Shown here: positions 27,151 to 36,372 of the stretch, one piece after another | Layout of the letters: each line of letters begins with the position of its first letter | Position numbering within the stretch: position 1 is the stretch's first letter | Origin: Rhodospirillales bacterium | Lineage (GTDB): Bacteria; Pseudomonadota; Alphaproteobacteria; Rhodospirillales; JASLLZ01 | Assembly (NCBI GenBank): GCA_030754885.1 | Contig: JASLZL010000097.1 | Coordinates: forward strand, 20,097 to 84,096 | DNA: 64,000 nt | Direction: 5' to 3' | Program-made: the position numbers and the translations under genes | Notes under the pieces: model-generated | Told to the model about the DNA's origin: nothing | Seen by the model: the letters and a program-made list of their open reading frames with translations, nothing else | The model's database searches: none

Positions 27151-27288
27151 ATGAGCGCGCTGACCCAGAATTCTCCGGTCTATCTGGATTTTCAGGCAAC
27201 AACGCTAACCGATCGCCGGGCCGTTGGGCGCCTGGCCGGGAAAATCAACCGCCTCGGCAAGGCGGCGGCGATTGCCGGCGCCGCATAG
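27151..27288 (+). pseudogene. 45-codon stub resembling the N-terminus of IscS
   Basis: Hand translation gives MSALTQNSPVYLDFQATTLTDRRAVGRLAGKINRLGKAAAIAGAA. PVYLDFQATT..D.R matches the conserved IscS start (PIYLDYQATTPVDPRV), and the rest is unrelated. Confidence 0.4.
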
Positions 27289-27308
27289 TGTCCGGTCGCG
27301 TCTTCAAG

Positions 27309-27632
27309 ATGACCTTCGTCGAACCTGACGGAAAAGGGCGAGAGGTCGATGCCCCCGACGGCGCCACCGTGCTCGACATCGCCCACGACAACGACATCGA
27401 CCTGGAGGGTGCCTGCGAGGGCTCCATGGCGTGTTCCACGTGCCACGTTATTGTTGATCCCGAATGGCACGGCCGCCTGCCGGCAAGCGGCGAGGAGGAG
27501 GACGATATCCTGGACATGGCATTCGGCCTTGCCCGAACTTCGCGGCTGGGCTGTCAGATTACCATCACCGAGGAGCTCGATGGATTGGTGGTGCGCCTGC
27601 CGGCGGAGACGCGAAACATGTTATTGGATTAG
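27309..27632 (+). CDS. fdx: Adrenodoxin-type [2Fe-2S] ferredoxin (ISC Fdx)
   Basis: CEGSMACSTCHV ... LGCQI four-Cys pattern. I prefer the ATG at 27309 (MTFVEPDG); the track start is GTG 27288. Confidence 0.9.
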   Translation: MTFVEPDGKGREVDAPDGATVLDIAHDNDIDLEGACEGSMACSTCHVIVDPEWHGRLPASGEEEDDILDMAFGLARTSRLGCQITITEELDGLVVRLPAETRNMLLD

Positions 27633-27638
27633 GTGGTT

Positions 27639-28319
27639 ATGCCGGCTACGCTGTTCGACCGCCTGAAGGCGGACTGTGCCGAGGAGTGGCGTGCCTATAC
27701 GGAGCACGCCTTCGTTCGGGCCTTGGGCGACGGCACTCTGCCCCAGGCATGCTTTCGCCATTACCTGGGCCAGGATTACCTGTTTCTTATCCACTTCGCC
27801 CGTGCCTACGCACTGGCCGCGTACAAGTCCGAGACCCTCGACGACATCCGCCAGGCGGCACAGGGTCTTTCCGCCATCATCGATATGGAGATGGGACTCC
27901 ATGTCGAGTTCTGCGCCGCTTGGGGCCTCGACGAGGCGGCCATGCAGGCCCTGCCCGAAGCCGAAGAAACCATGGCCTATACCCGCTATGTCCTGGAAAA
28001 GGGGGTGGCCGGCGACTTACTTGACCTGCACGTTGCGCTGGCGCCGTGCATCGTCGGCTATGCGGAGATCGGCGCCGCCCTGGCGCAGGCGCCGGCGGTT
28101 TCGCTAGCCGATAATCCCTATCGCGCCTGGATCGAAATGTATGCCGGCGATGACTATCAAGAAGTGGCCCGATCGGAGGTGGCGGAGCTTGATCGCCTGA
28201 TGGATCGGCGCGGCGGCGAGGGGCGCCGAGCCGCCCTCGCCACAACCTTCCGCCAAGCCACCCGCCTCGAAGCGGCATTCTGGCAAATGGGCTTGGCATT
28301 CGCCGATCGAGGCGATTAA
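27639..28319 (+). CDS. tenA: TenA family thiaminase II / aminopyrimidine aminohydrolase
   Basis: HAFVRALGDGTLP...F.HYL.QDY.FL and APCIVGYAEIG motifs. Confidence 0.8.
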   Translation: MPATLFDRLKADCAEEWRAYTEHAFVRALGDGTLPQACFRHYLGQDYLFLIHFARAYALAAYKSETLDDIRQAAQGLSAIIDMEMGLHVEFCAAWGLDEAAMQALPEAEETMAYTRYVLEKGVAGDLLDLHVALAPCIVGYAEIGAALAQAPAVSLADNPYRAWIEMYAGDDYQEVARSEVAELDRLMDRRGGEGRRAALATTFRQATRLEAAFWQMGLAFADRGD

Positions 28320-28582
28320 GACATCCAAAACGGCTTCCTAGCCTCGCGTGCCGCCTCGTCACGGGACAAACCGATGTCGCGGAGAAAATGGTCGTCCAGG
28401 CGCGCGAGGTCCCTCCGTCCGCGGGCGCGCATGTGCCAAAGATCGACCGTTTGAACCATTCGGTTAAAGGACCGCCGGACAAAGGTCCAGTCGCTCCAAA
28501 AGGTCGCCGCAGACCCGATTATGGCCGAAAAGAATTGATGCTCTCGCCTTTCAAGGAGGGCGTATTTCATTGGATGTGTCAT
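28316..28582 (-). CDS. DUF1127 domain protein (88 aa, N-terminally extended)
   Basis: C-terminal RRDLARLDDHFLRDIGLSRDEAAREARKPFW is the DUF1127 signature. An AGGAG Shine-Dalgarno lies 6 nt before the ATG at 28582. Confidence 0.8.
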   Translation of the reverse strand: MTHPMKYALLERREHQFFSAIIGSAATFWSDWTFVRRSFNRMVQTVDLWHMRARGRRDLARLDDHFLRDIGLSRDEAAREARKPFWMS

Positions 28583-28694
28583 CGTTATCTCCTTTGTTTA
28601 TAGGTGATTCTCGCCATATTGATCGAGGATACCGCTTGCTGACAAAGCATTTTTATTGGTATGGTGACCTAATTTTTCTCATGTAGAGGATGTA

Positions 28695-29618
28695 GTGGTT
28701 CGATATTTGCCTTCATTGAAAGCGCTACGGGCATTTGAAGCGGCTGCCCACCACCTGAGTTTCACCAAAGGGGCTGAGGACCTAAACGTGACGCAGGGGG
28801 CCGTCAGTCACCAGGTCAAGTCCTTGGAGCTGCAACTGGGTGTCAAACTGTTCCACAGGCTGCATCAAGGTCTGACGCTCACTCAATCGGGCCAGGCTTA
28901 TCTTCCTGTTGTACGCGATGCGTTCGATCGGCTCGCTGCCGGCACCGAACTGCTTCTCGATCACGAGAGCGCTGGGGTGCTGACGGTCAGCGTATCCCCT
29001 AATTTTGCCTCTAAATGGCTAGTCCACCGGCTCGGTGATTTTATCACCCGCCACCCCGAGATCGATTTGCGCATCCGAGCATCGATGGGCCATACCGATT
29101 TCGCGCGCGAAGATGTGGATATGGCCATTCGTCACGGCGACGGTCACTGGCCGGATCTCGATGTCGCTCGGCTCGCCGCCGAGGAAGTATTTCCCGTCTG
29201 CAGCCCGACCCTGATGGATGGGCCGACGCCGCTACGCATACCTGCCGATCTTTGCCACCATGTGCTGCTACACGATTTGAGCCGCGGGGGATGGCCGGCC
29301 TGGCTCACGGCGGCAGGGGTCGGCGACATAGACAGCACGCGAGGACCGGTGTTCAACCAGACCAGCATGGTGATCGACGCCGCCGTCGAAGGCCAAGGTG
29401 TCGCGCTTGCGCGTAGTGTCCTGGCCACGGCGGACCTTTTGTCGGGCCGTTTGGTCCAACCGTTCGATGTGACCATACCGGCCGACTTTGCCTACTATAT
29501 CGTGTGCCCGAAAATCCCCGCCGAACGGCCCAAGATATCGACCTTCCGCACCTGGCTGTTGAACGAGGCGGAGATCGAGCGCCAGCGTCTGGGAGCACTC
29601 GGCGAACGATCCGACTAG
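28695..29618 (+). CDS. LysR-family transcriptional regulator (GcvA-like)
   Basis: HTH LPSLKALRAFEAAAHHLSFTKGAEDLNVTQGAVSHQVKSLE followed by a LysR substrate-binding domain. Confidence 0.9.
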   Translation: MVRYLPSLKALRAFEAAAHHLSFTKGAEDLNVTQGAVSHQVKSLELQLGVKLFHRLHQGLTLTQSGQAYLPVVRDAFDRLAAGTELLLDHESAGVLTVSVSPNFASKWLVHRLGDFITRHPEIDLRIRASMGHTDFAREDVDMAIRHGDGHWPDLDVARLAAEEVFPVCSPTLMDGPTPLRIPADLCHHVLLHDLSRGGWPAWLTAAGVGDIDSTRGPVFNQTSMVIDAAVEGQGVALARSVLATADLLSGRLVQPFDVTIPADFAYYIVCPKIPAERPKISTFRTWLLNEAEIERQRLGALGERSD

Positions 29619-29702
29619 CGGCCTTCAGGAAAATATAACCACCGTCGTCTTGGTGATCGGCTACCATGGAGGCCTTCGCATCAACTGGGAGGAGGCGGTA
29701 CG

Positions 29703-30623
29703 ATGAGCGATCTGATGGTGGGCGGCCAAGTGATCGCGCCGGTGACACCCTTCAATGCCAAGGGCGAGCTTATGCTCGACGCCTATGGCGAGATTATTCG
29801 TTGGCACCTGGACTGTGGGGTCGGCGGCTTCTTGGTTGCCGGCGATAACGGCGAGGCCTGGGCCCTGACCGCCGACGAGCTGGGCCGCATTACCAGAGCG
29901 GCGATTGAAGAGGTCAAGGGCCGGGTCCCTGTTTTTGTTGGTGCCAGCGCCATCACCGCGGCCAAAAGCGTGGCACTGGCGGGCGTTGCCGCCGATGCGG
30001 GCGCCGACGGTCTTTGTTTGCAGCCCCAATCCTATGTCCTAAACGGCACCACGGCCGAGATCGTCGGCCGCATCGAGGCGGTCCACCAGGCGGTGCCGCT
30101 GCCCATCTTGCTTTACAACCACCCTGGCCGCACCGGCCTCAACATGACGCCCGATATGCTAAAGGTGCTTTGCGACGCCGTCCCTGTTGTCGGCTTGAAG
30201 GAAGCCTCGAACGACTTTGTGCAGTTGACGCGGATTATTGAGCGTTTCGCCGATCGCTTCGCCATCCTGACCGGGCCGGCGCATTATATTATCCCGGCTA
30301 TGGAATTGGGCGCCGCCGGCTATATCTCGACGGGACCGGAACTTTTGGGTGCCGGGGCCGGGCGCATCATGGAGACGGCCGCCATGACAACGGCTGAAAG
30401 GCGCCATCTCCATTGCACCATCACCGACGCTTTCACCGCGGTGCAATTCATCGGCACCCGCCCGGCCGGGATCAAAGCGGCGCTGGTCATGCTCGGCTTG
30501 CCCGCCGGGTTGCCGCGCGAACCCGTGCTGGCGCTTTCCCCCGACGATGAAGCCCGTTTGAACGACGCACTGGTGCGCTGCGGCGTGCTTGAGGAGGCGG
30601 CCCCCAGGCGCGCGGCGTCCTGA
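29703..30623 (+). CDS. Dihydrodipicolinate synthase/N-acetylneuraminate lyase family aldolase (paralog A)
   Basis: TIM-barrel class I aldolase motifs GDNGEA, YNHPGRTG and the Schiff-base Lys in GLKEAS. Confidence 0.8.
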   Translation: MSDLMVGGQVIAPVTPFNAKGELMLDAYGEIIRWHLDCGVGGFLVAGDNGEAWALTADELGRITRAAIEEVKGRVPVFVGASAITAAKSVALAGVAADAGADGLCLQPQSYVLNGTTAEIVGRIEAVHQAVPLPILLYNHPGRTGLNMTPDMLKVLCDAVPVVGLKEASNDFVQLTRIIERFADRFAILTGPAHYIIPAMELGAAGYISTGPELLGAGAGRIMETAAMTTAERRHLHCTITDAFTAVQFIGTRPAGIKAALVMLGLPAGLPREPVLALSPDDEARLNDALVRCGVLEEAAPRRAAS

Positions 30624-30632
30624 GGAATTAAC

Positions 30633-31328
30633 ATGAAACGTCGGCGCTTGTGGCCGTGGCTGGTGGTACCGGCGGTCGCACTCACCGCCCTGGTGGTCAC
30701 TCTCGCCGGGCGCTATCCCGAAGTGTTGGAAGACGGCGGCGGGCGAATGCGCCTGACCTACATGGTTTTATTACTAGCCCTGGTCGGCTCTAGCGCGGTG
30801 CTGCACTGGCGCCGGCGGCCGGGCCGTGCTTTGCGTCATGCCCTGACGTGGGTGGCTATCGCCTTGGTCTTGTTGGTCGGCTACAGCTACCGTCACCAGG
30901 CGCAGAGGCTGGGCGAGCGGCTGATGGGCGAAGTCATGCCCCAGCGCGGCGTCGTCGAAGGTGACGCCGTCAGCTTCCGTGCCGCTACGGGCGGCCACTT
31001 CGTGGTCGAGGCCGAGGTCAACGGCGTCGTGCTCCGCCTTCTCGTCGACACCGGGGCCTCTGACGTAGTCCTTAGTCCAGCCGACGCCCGGCGCCTTGGT
31101 TTCGACGTGGCGTCGCTCGATTATTCCCGGCGCTACCGCACCGCCAACGGCATTGTCTTCGGCGCGCCGGTGCGTCTTGGCCGGGTTCGCATCGGACCGA
31201 TCGCACTTGACGATGTACGGGCCTCGGTCAATGGGGCAGAGATGGCGCACTCCCTCCTCGGCATGAGTTTTCTCGGCCGGCTCTCGGGCTATGAGGTGAG
31301 CGACGATACCTTGACGCTCAAGCCTTAA
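30633..31328 (+). CDS. Membrane-anchored retropepsin-like (clan AA) aspartic protease
   Basis: Three N-terminal hydrophobic helices are followed by LLVDTGASDVVL (DTG active-site motif). Confidence 0.75.
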   Translation: MKRRRLWPWLVVPAVALTALVVTLAGRYPEVLEDGGGRMRLTYMVLLLALVGSSAVLHWRRRPGRALRHALTWVAIALVLLVGYSYRHQAQRLGERLMGEVMPQRGVVEGDAVSFRAATGGHFVVEAEVNGVVLRLLVDTGASDVVLSPADARRLGFDVASLDYSRRYRTANGIVFGAPVRLGRVRIGPIALDDVRASVNGAEMAHSLLGMSFLGRLSGYEVSDDTLTLKP

Positions 31329-31329
31329 A

Positions 31330-31381
31330 ACCAAGGAGCGGTGATAAAGACCCCTAGGGATCTTTATCACCGCTCCTTGGT
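31330..31381. terminator. 21-bp perfect-stem hairpin between convergent genes (candidate bidirectional terminator)
   Basis: ACCAAGGAGCGGTGATAAAGA (31330-31350) pairs with TCTTTATCACCGCTCCTTGGT (31361-31381). The centre contains the palindrome CCCTAGGG. Confidence 0.55.
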
Positions 31382-32274
31382 ATTTGGTTCTGCACCTGCT
31401 GTTCCCGGTAGGCAATATAGGTGACGGCGGCGAAGATCATGATGCCGCCAACCCAGGTCCAGACGTCGGGAGTCTCGAAGAACATCACATAGCCGATGGC
31501 CGAGGCCCAGATCAGCTTGGTGAAGTCGAATGGCAGGACCGCGGTTACGTCGGCTTCGCGAAAGGCTTGAACGAAGGTGATGTGGCGTATCGTGGCGAAA
31601 GCCGCCACCGCCGCCAGCCAGAGAAACTGCTCGGGCGTCGGTGTTTGCCAAACCGGCAGCGCCGCGATCAAAGTGATCGGCAGGGCGACAAGAGATGTGT
31701 AAAGCGTGATGGTGATGCTGGAATCAGTACGTGCCAGGACCTTTGAGATCATCATGTTCACCGCCCACAGGCTGGCCGAACAAAGAACCAGGACCGCGCC
31801 CAAGTCAAAATCGGCGAACCCCGGACGGATAACGACCATGGTGCCGGCGAAACCGAACGCCAAGGCCGCGATTCGACGGGCCCGAAAAGTCTCGCCCAGC
31901 ACGAACCAGGCCAAAACGGTGGCAATTAGGGGCGCGGTGAAGTTGACCGCCGTCACCTTGGCCAGGGGCGACAGGGTCACGCCGACATAGAAGGTCAGTG
32001 TCTGGCCGCTTTGCAAGGTTCCGCGCAGGACGTGCAGGCCGATGTGGCGTGTCCGCAACAGCTTGGTGCCGTGGCGGATGAAAATCGGGGCCAACATGAT
32101 GGCGCCGAAAAAATTGCGAAAGAAGGCGATTTCGAAGGAATGCACCTGGGCCGCTGCATAGCGGACGGTAGCGTTCATGCCGGTGGCGCATAGGCCAGAG
32201 ACGAGCATGAAAGCCATGCCCCTGAGGGAGCCCTTGCCCTGAGGTTGTCTCTCCGCCGCGTCGTCCCTATTCAT
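31354..32274 (-). CDS. DMT (EamA) family transporter
   Basis: Ten-TM-like hydrophobic pattern with two EamA repeats. Start is uncertain: ATG 32274 is preferred, with alternatives at 32319 and 32217. Confidence 0.8.
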   Translation of the reverse strand: MNRDDAAERQPQGKGSLRGMAFMLVSGLCATGMNATVRYAAAQVHSFEIAFFRNFFGAIMLAPIFIRHGTKLLRTRHIGLHVLRGTLQSGQTLTFYVGVTLSPLAKVTAVNFTAPLIATVLAWFVLGETFRARRIAALAFGFAGTMVVIRPGFADFDLGAVLVLCSASLWAVNMMISKVLARTDSSITITLYTSLVALPITLIAALPVWQTPTPEQFLWLAAVAAFATIRHITFVQAFREADVTAVLPFDFTKLIWASAIGYVMFFETPDVWTWVGGIMIFAAVTYIAYREQQVQNQIPRSGDKDP

Positions 32275-33499
32275 CGGCCGCTTTGCCCCGGCGGCGCAGG
32301 CTTGCCCAGGCAAAGACAAGGAATGTCAGGCCTGCGCCAACGGCCACCGGAACCTTCAGGCCCAAACTTTCCGACGCGGCCCCCATGATCAAGGCGCCGA
32401 AAGCGGGGACGGCTCGGAAGAGAACCACATAGAGGCTCAAGACGCGGGCGCGGACATCGGAATCGACCGAGGTCTGTAACCGGATTTGCGTGCCGACACC
32501 GACCGAGGAGATGCAAAAACCGACGACGACGACGGCGGGTGCCGCCACCCATAGCAAATCGGTTGAAAGGAAAACGACGAGCGCAATCGATGCGATGAGG
32601 AAACTGCGCTCGATGACGCGTGGGAGCCCGGCCGGATCACCCCGTTGGGCCAGCCACAGGCCACAGACGATCGCCCCCGCACCGGCGCTTGATGTCAGTA
32701 TTGCCAGGCCCTTGGGGCCGGCTTCGAAGACGGCGTCGGCGAAGCCGGGGAAAAGTTCGAAAAATGGCCGGGCGAAGAGGGCGATGGCGGTGATCATGAT
32801 GAGCGCCGAGGAGATGCCCGGGTGGTTGGCGGCGTAGCGGATGCCGTCGGCCAGTCCGCCGAGAATGCTTCGACCTTGTGCCGGCGCCGTCTGTGCCTTG
32901 GTGATCACCCGCACCCGGAACATGATGACCAGGAAAAGCATGTATGCCGCGGCGTTGGCGGCAAACGTGCCGGCAACGCCGGCGAACAAGATGATGGCGC
33001 CGGCGACGGCCGGCCCAATGAACTGGGCCGTGTTGAACGAAACCGAGCCGATGGCGACGGCGGCCGAGAGGTCGCGGCGTCCGACCAGCATGGGGATGAT
33101 GGCCAAGCGTGCCGGCTGATCCAGCGCCGAGAAGAAGCCCAGCGCGACCTCGAGCACGAGCAGTATCTCGATGGTGATAATGTCGCCGGCCGTCAGAAAA
33201 AACAGCGCCAATCCGTGCGAGATGATCAGGATCTGAGCCAGCTTGATGACCTTCGCCGGTTCCCAGCGGTCGGTTATCGCCCCCGCCACTGGTGCGAAGA
33301 CAACGACTGGGAACATGTCGGCGAAGGCGATGATGCCGAGCCAGGCGCCTGACCCCGTTAACTCCCAGGTCAGCCAGCCGACGCCCACCTTGCGCATCCA
33401 AAAGCCAATCAGAGAGATGATGTTGCCGGCGGCGTATAGGCCGTAGTTCGGCTGCTTGAGCACCCGAAGAATGTTGGAGAAGTTGAACAGGCTGGCCAT
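32267..33499 (-). CDS. MFS transporter (EntS/MFS_3-like)
   Basis: Hydrophobic profile of about 12 TM helices. I prefer the start at MASLFNFSNIL (33499); the track start is 33547. Confidence 0.8.
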   Translation of the reverse strand: MASLFNFSNILRVLKQPNYGLYAAGNIISLIGFWMRKVGVGWLTWELTGSGAWLGIIAFADMFPVVVFAPVAGAITDRWEPAKVIKLAQILIISHGLALFFLTAGDIITIEILLVLEVALGFFSALDQPARLAIIPMLVGRRDLSAAVAIGSVSFNTAQFIGPAVAGAIILFAGVAGTFAANAAAYMLFLVIMFRVRVITKAQTAPAQGRSILGGLADGIRYAANHPGISSALIMITAIALFARPFFELFPGFADAVFEAGPKGLAILTSSAGAGAIVCGLWLAQRGDPAGLPRVIERSFLIASIALVVFLSTDLLWVAAPAVVVVGFCISSVGVGTQIRLQTSVDSDVRARVLSLYVVLFRAVPAFGALIMGAASESLGLKVPVAVGAGLTFLVFAWASLRRRGKAADE

Positions 33500-33662
33500 G
33501 GCGTCAGTTTGGGGGGCGTCGATTTGCAGGCTTGCGTAGCTTTGCACCTCGGGGTCGGTGGCGCAAGCCGCCGTGGTGGTACGCCCGCCGTCCGGCCGCA
33601 GTTGACAGGCCCGGCGCGGTCCACCGAAACTGGGGCCCCATCATCGGCGAAGGATATCCCCC

Positions 33663-34166
33663 ATGGCCCAAAAACCAACGATTGATCCCTGGCCGGCCTT
33701 TCGCGAAGCTGCCGCCGTCGGCGCCCTGGCGGACCAACCCACGGCCCTCTTTCAGGCCGTCGATCGGGCACTTGGCGATGTTGTTGGACACAAGTTGTTC
33801 ACCGTTCTCTCAGCCGATATGAAGGCACGCCGGAACCGGCGCATGTATTCCAACATGCCCGATGCTTATTCAGCCGGTGGAAGCAAGCCCATGCGCGACA
33901 ATTCGTGGGGTGACATTCCGGTCGGCGAGCGCCGTCCCTACATCGGACGCACCAAGGAAGACATTAGAAACAGGTTTCCCGACCACGCGCTGATTGAAAG
34001 CCTGGACCTCGGCTCGGTGATCAACGTGCCGGTCTCGTTCGACGGCGTTTTCCTGGGCACCGTGAACTTGCTGCACGAGGAAGGTTACTACGACGAGGAT
34101 GACGCGGCGCGGGCGGCGCCTTTTGCCGCCCTTTTGGTGCCCGCCTTGATGAATGCGACTGGCTAG
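33663..34166 (+). CDS. Small GAF-like domain protein
   Basis: 167 aa. The central and C-terminal pattern (SVINVPVSFDGVFLGTVNLLHEEGYY) resembles stand-alone GAF proteins. The assignment is from memory only. Confidence 0.45.
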   Translation: MAQKPTIDPWPAFREAAAVGALADQPTALFQAVDRALGDVVGHKLFTVLSADMKARRNRRMYSNMPDAYSAGGSKPMRDNSWGDIPVGERRPYIGRTKEDIRNRFPDHALIESLDLGSVINVPVSFDGVFLGTVNLLHEEGYYDEDDAARAAPFAALLVPALMNATG

Positions 34167-34906
34167 CGACTAACGGGGTAGCCGTCCGCGATCCACTTGC
34201 CGATACCTTCGGTGACGTTGTAGATCTCGCTGTAACCGGCGCCTTCGGCCAGCATCTCGGCCAACAACTTGGAACCGATACCCCATTGGCTGATCAAGAT
34301 GAGCTTCTCGTCGGGCTCAGCCAAGGCCTTTAATCGGGGTAGAAAATTGGCCTTGAGGCTGCCGGTCTCGTCGAAGGCGGTCAGCCGCTCTGAATCTCGA
34401 ATGGTACCGGTGCCCGTCCATTGGCGAGCAGTGCGGATATCGACGATCCTGACCCCGTCTTCCAGCATGCGGCGCAATACCACGTTGTCGATGTCAATGT
34501 AGGGGGGGCGTTCCACCGACATCAATTCGACTTCGAAGCGCAAGGTCGAGTTAGCCGGAATGGTGGCGGTTCCCTTTGACCCGTAGGCCATCTCCGGTGG
34601 GATGATGAGCTCGCGCTTGCCGCCCACATGCATACCCTTGACGCCTTCCTCCCAACCTTGAATGACCTCGCCGGTGCCGATGACGAAGTAGAGGGGGCTG
34701 TCCAGGCCGCGGCTTGATTCGAACTCCTTGCCGTTTTCAAGCCAGCCCGTGTAGTGGACGCCGACACGGGCTTTCATCACCGCCTCGGTGCCGGTGCCGA
34801 CGACGATGTCGCGGTGCTGCAGATCGTCGCTGTGATCAGCCAGGGCCGCGGCGGTAAAAACAATGGCGGCGGATAATCCGGCTACGGTGCGCACGATCAC
34901 TCTCAT
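34163..34906 (-). CDS. Secreted FKBP-type peptidyl-prolyl isomerase fused to a rhodanese-like domain
   Basis: Signal peptide ending ...AAALA. FKBP core ([17 protein letters not shown]...[27 protein letters not shown]). C-terminal rhodanese fold ([10 protein letters not shown]...[11 protein letters not shown]...[12 protein letters not shown]). Confidence 0.85.
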   Translation of the reverse strand: MRVIVRTVAGLSAAIVFTAAALADHSDDLQHRDIVVGTGTEAVMKARVGVHYTGWLENGKEFESSRGLDSPLYFVIGTGEVIQGWEEGVKGMHVGGKRELIIPPEMAYGSKGTATIPANSTLRFEVELMSVERPPYIDIDNVVLRRMLEDGVRIVDIRTARQWTGTGTIRDSERLTAFDETGSLKANFLPRLKALAEPDEKLILISQWGIGSKLLAEMLAEGAGYSEIYNVTEGIGKWIADGYPVSR

Positions 34907-36369
34907 GGCTGTTTTTCCGTCTCAAGTTTGCGCCGCAACAGCGCGTTGACCGTCTGGGGATTGGCTTTGCCTTGGGTCGCTTTCATCACCTGGCCGACGA
35001 ACCAGCCGATCACCTTTTCATTGCCGCCCTGAAACTGGGCTACCTGATCGGCATTGGCGGCCATAATGCCGTCGATGGCGGCCTCGATGGCGCCGATATC
35101 GGTGATCTGGCGCAGGCCCTTTTCCTCGACGATGGCCGCCGGTTCCTTGCCGGTCTCCACCATGGCGTCGAAGACGTCCTTGGCGATGCGCCCCGATATG
35201 GTGTCGTCGGCGATGAGGTCCAACAGCCGTCCCAGGTCGTCCGCCGTCACCGGACTTTCGGTGATCGCCAGGTCAAGCCGGTTCAACGTCCCGAATAAGG
35301 CGCCGGTCACCCAGTTTGCGGCGGTCTTGGCGTCGCGGCCCTTGGCCACGCGCTCGAAATAGTCGGCCGTCTCTTTCTCCGCCACCAGCACGCCGGCGTC
35401 GTAGGCCGTGAGCCCGTCCGAGGCCATATAGCGGTCCTTCCTCTGGTCCGGCAGTTCGGGAAGGTCGGCCTTGATCGCATCCACGTAATCCTGGCTTAGA
35501 ACCAAGGGCAGCAGGTCGGGGTCGGGAAAATAGCGGTAGTCGTGAGCATATTCCTTGGACCGCATGGTACGGGTCTCGCCCTTTCCGGCATCGAACAGGC
35601 GCGTTTCCTGAACCACGTCGCCGCCGGCCTCGTAGGCTTCGACCTGGCGGTTGGCCTCGTATTCGATGGCCTGCATGGCGAAACGCACGGAATTGACGTT
35701 CTTGACCTCGGTCCGGGTGCGCAGGTCCTCGCCCGGATGGCGCACCGACACGTTGACGTCGCAGCGCAGCGACCCTTCCTCCATGTTGCCGTCGCAGGTA
35801 CCGAGATAACGCACGATGGAGCGGACCTTGCGCAAGTACGCCCCGGCCTCCTCGGGGCTGCGCATGTCGGGTTTGGAGACGATCTCCATCAAGGCTACGC
35901 CGGAGCGGTTGAGATCGATGAAGGTGCGCCGGGGGTCTTGGTCGTGGAGCGATTTGCCGGCATCCATTTCCATGTGCAGGCGCTCAATGCCAACGGTTGG
36001 GGTCGAGCCGTCGGCCAAATCCAAAATTACCGTGCCCTCGCCGACCACGGGTTGGGCGTACTGCGAGATCTGATAGCCTGCCGGCAAGTCGGCGTAGAAA
36101 TAGTTCTTGCGCTCAAAGACGGACGTCAGGTTGATCTCCGCGTTCAGTCCGAGACCGGTGCGCACCGCCATGGCGACGCAGTGTTCGTTGATCACTGGCA
36201 GCATGCCGGGCATGGCGGCATCGACCAGCGAGACCTGAGCGTTGGGCGGCGCACCGAAGGCTGTGGCGGCACCCGAAAACAGCTTGGCCTCGGAGACGAT
36301 CTGGGCGTGGATCTCAAGCCCGATCACGACCTCCCAATCACCGCTTGTGCCTTCGATCAAGTAGGCCAT
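34903..36369 (-). CDS. gatB: Asp/Glu-tRNA amidotransferase subunit B
   Basis: 488 aa with the canonical GatB N-terminus ([12 protein letters not shown]) and a YqeY-like tail. Confidence 0.95.
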   Translation of the reverse strand: MAYLIEGTSGDWEVVIGLEIHAQIVSEAKLFSGAATAFGAPPNAQVSLVDAAMPGMLPVINEHCVAMAVRTGLGLNAEINLTSVFERKNYFYADLPAGYQISQYAQPVVGEGTVILDLADGSTPTVGIERLHMEMDAGKSLHDQDPRRTFIDLNRSGVALMEIVSKPDMRSPEEAGAYLRKVRSIVRYLGTCDGNMEEGSLRCDVNVSVRHPGEDLRTRTEVKNVNSVRFAMQAIEYEANRQVEAYEAGGDVVQETRLFDAGKGETRTMRSKEYAHDYRYFPDPDLLPLVLSQDYVDAIKADLPELPDQRKDRYMASDGLTAYDAGVLVAEKETADYFERVAKGRDAKTAANWVTGALFGTLNRLDLAITESPVTADDLGRLLDLIADDTISGRIAKDVFDAMVETGKEPAAIVEEKGLRQITDIGAIEAAIDGIMAANADQVAQFQGGNEKVIGWFVGQVMKATQGKANPQTVNALLRRKLETEKQP

Positions 36370-36372
36370 GGC

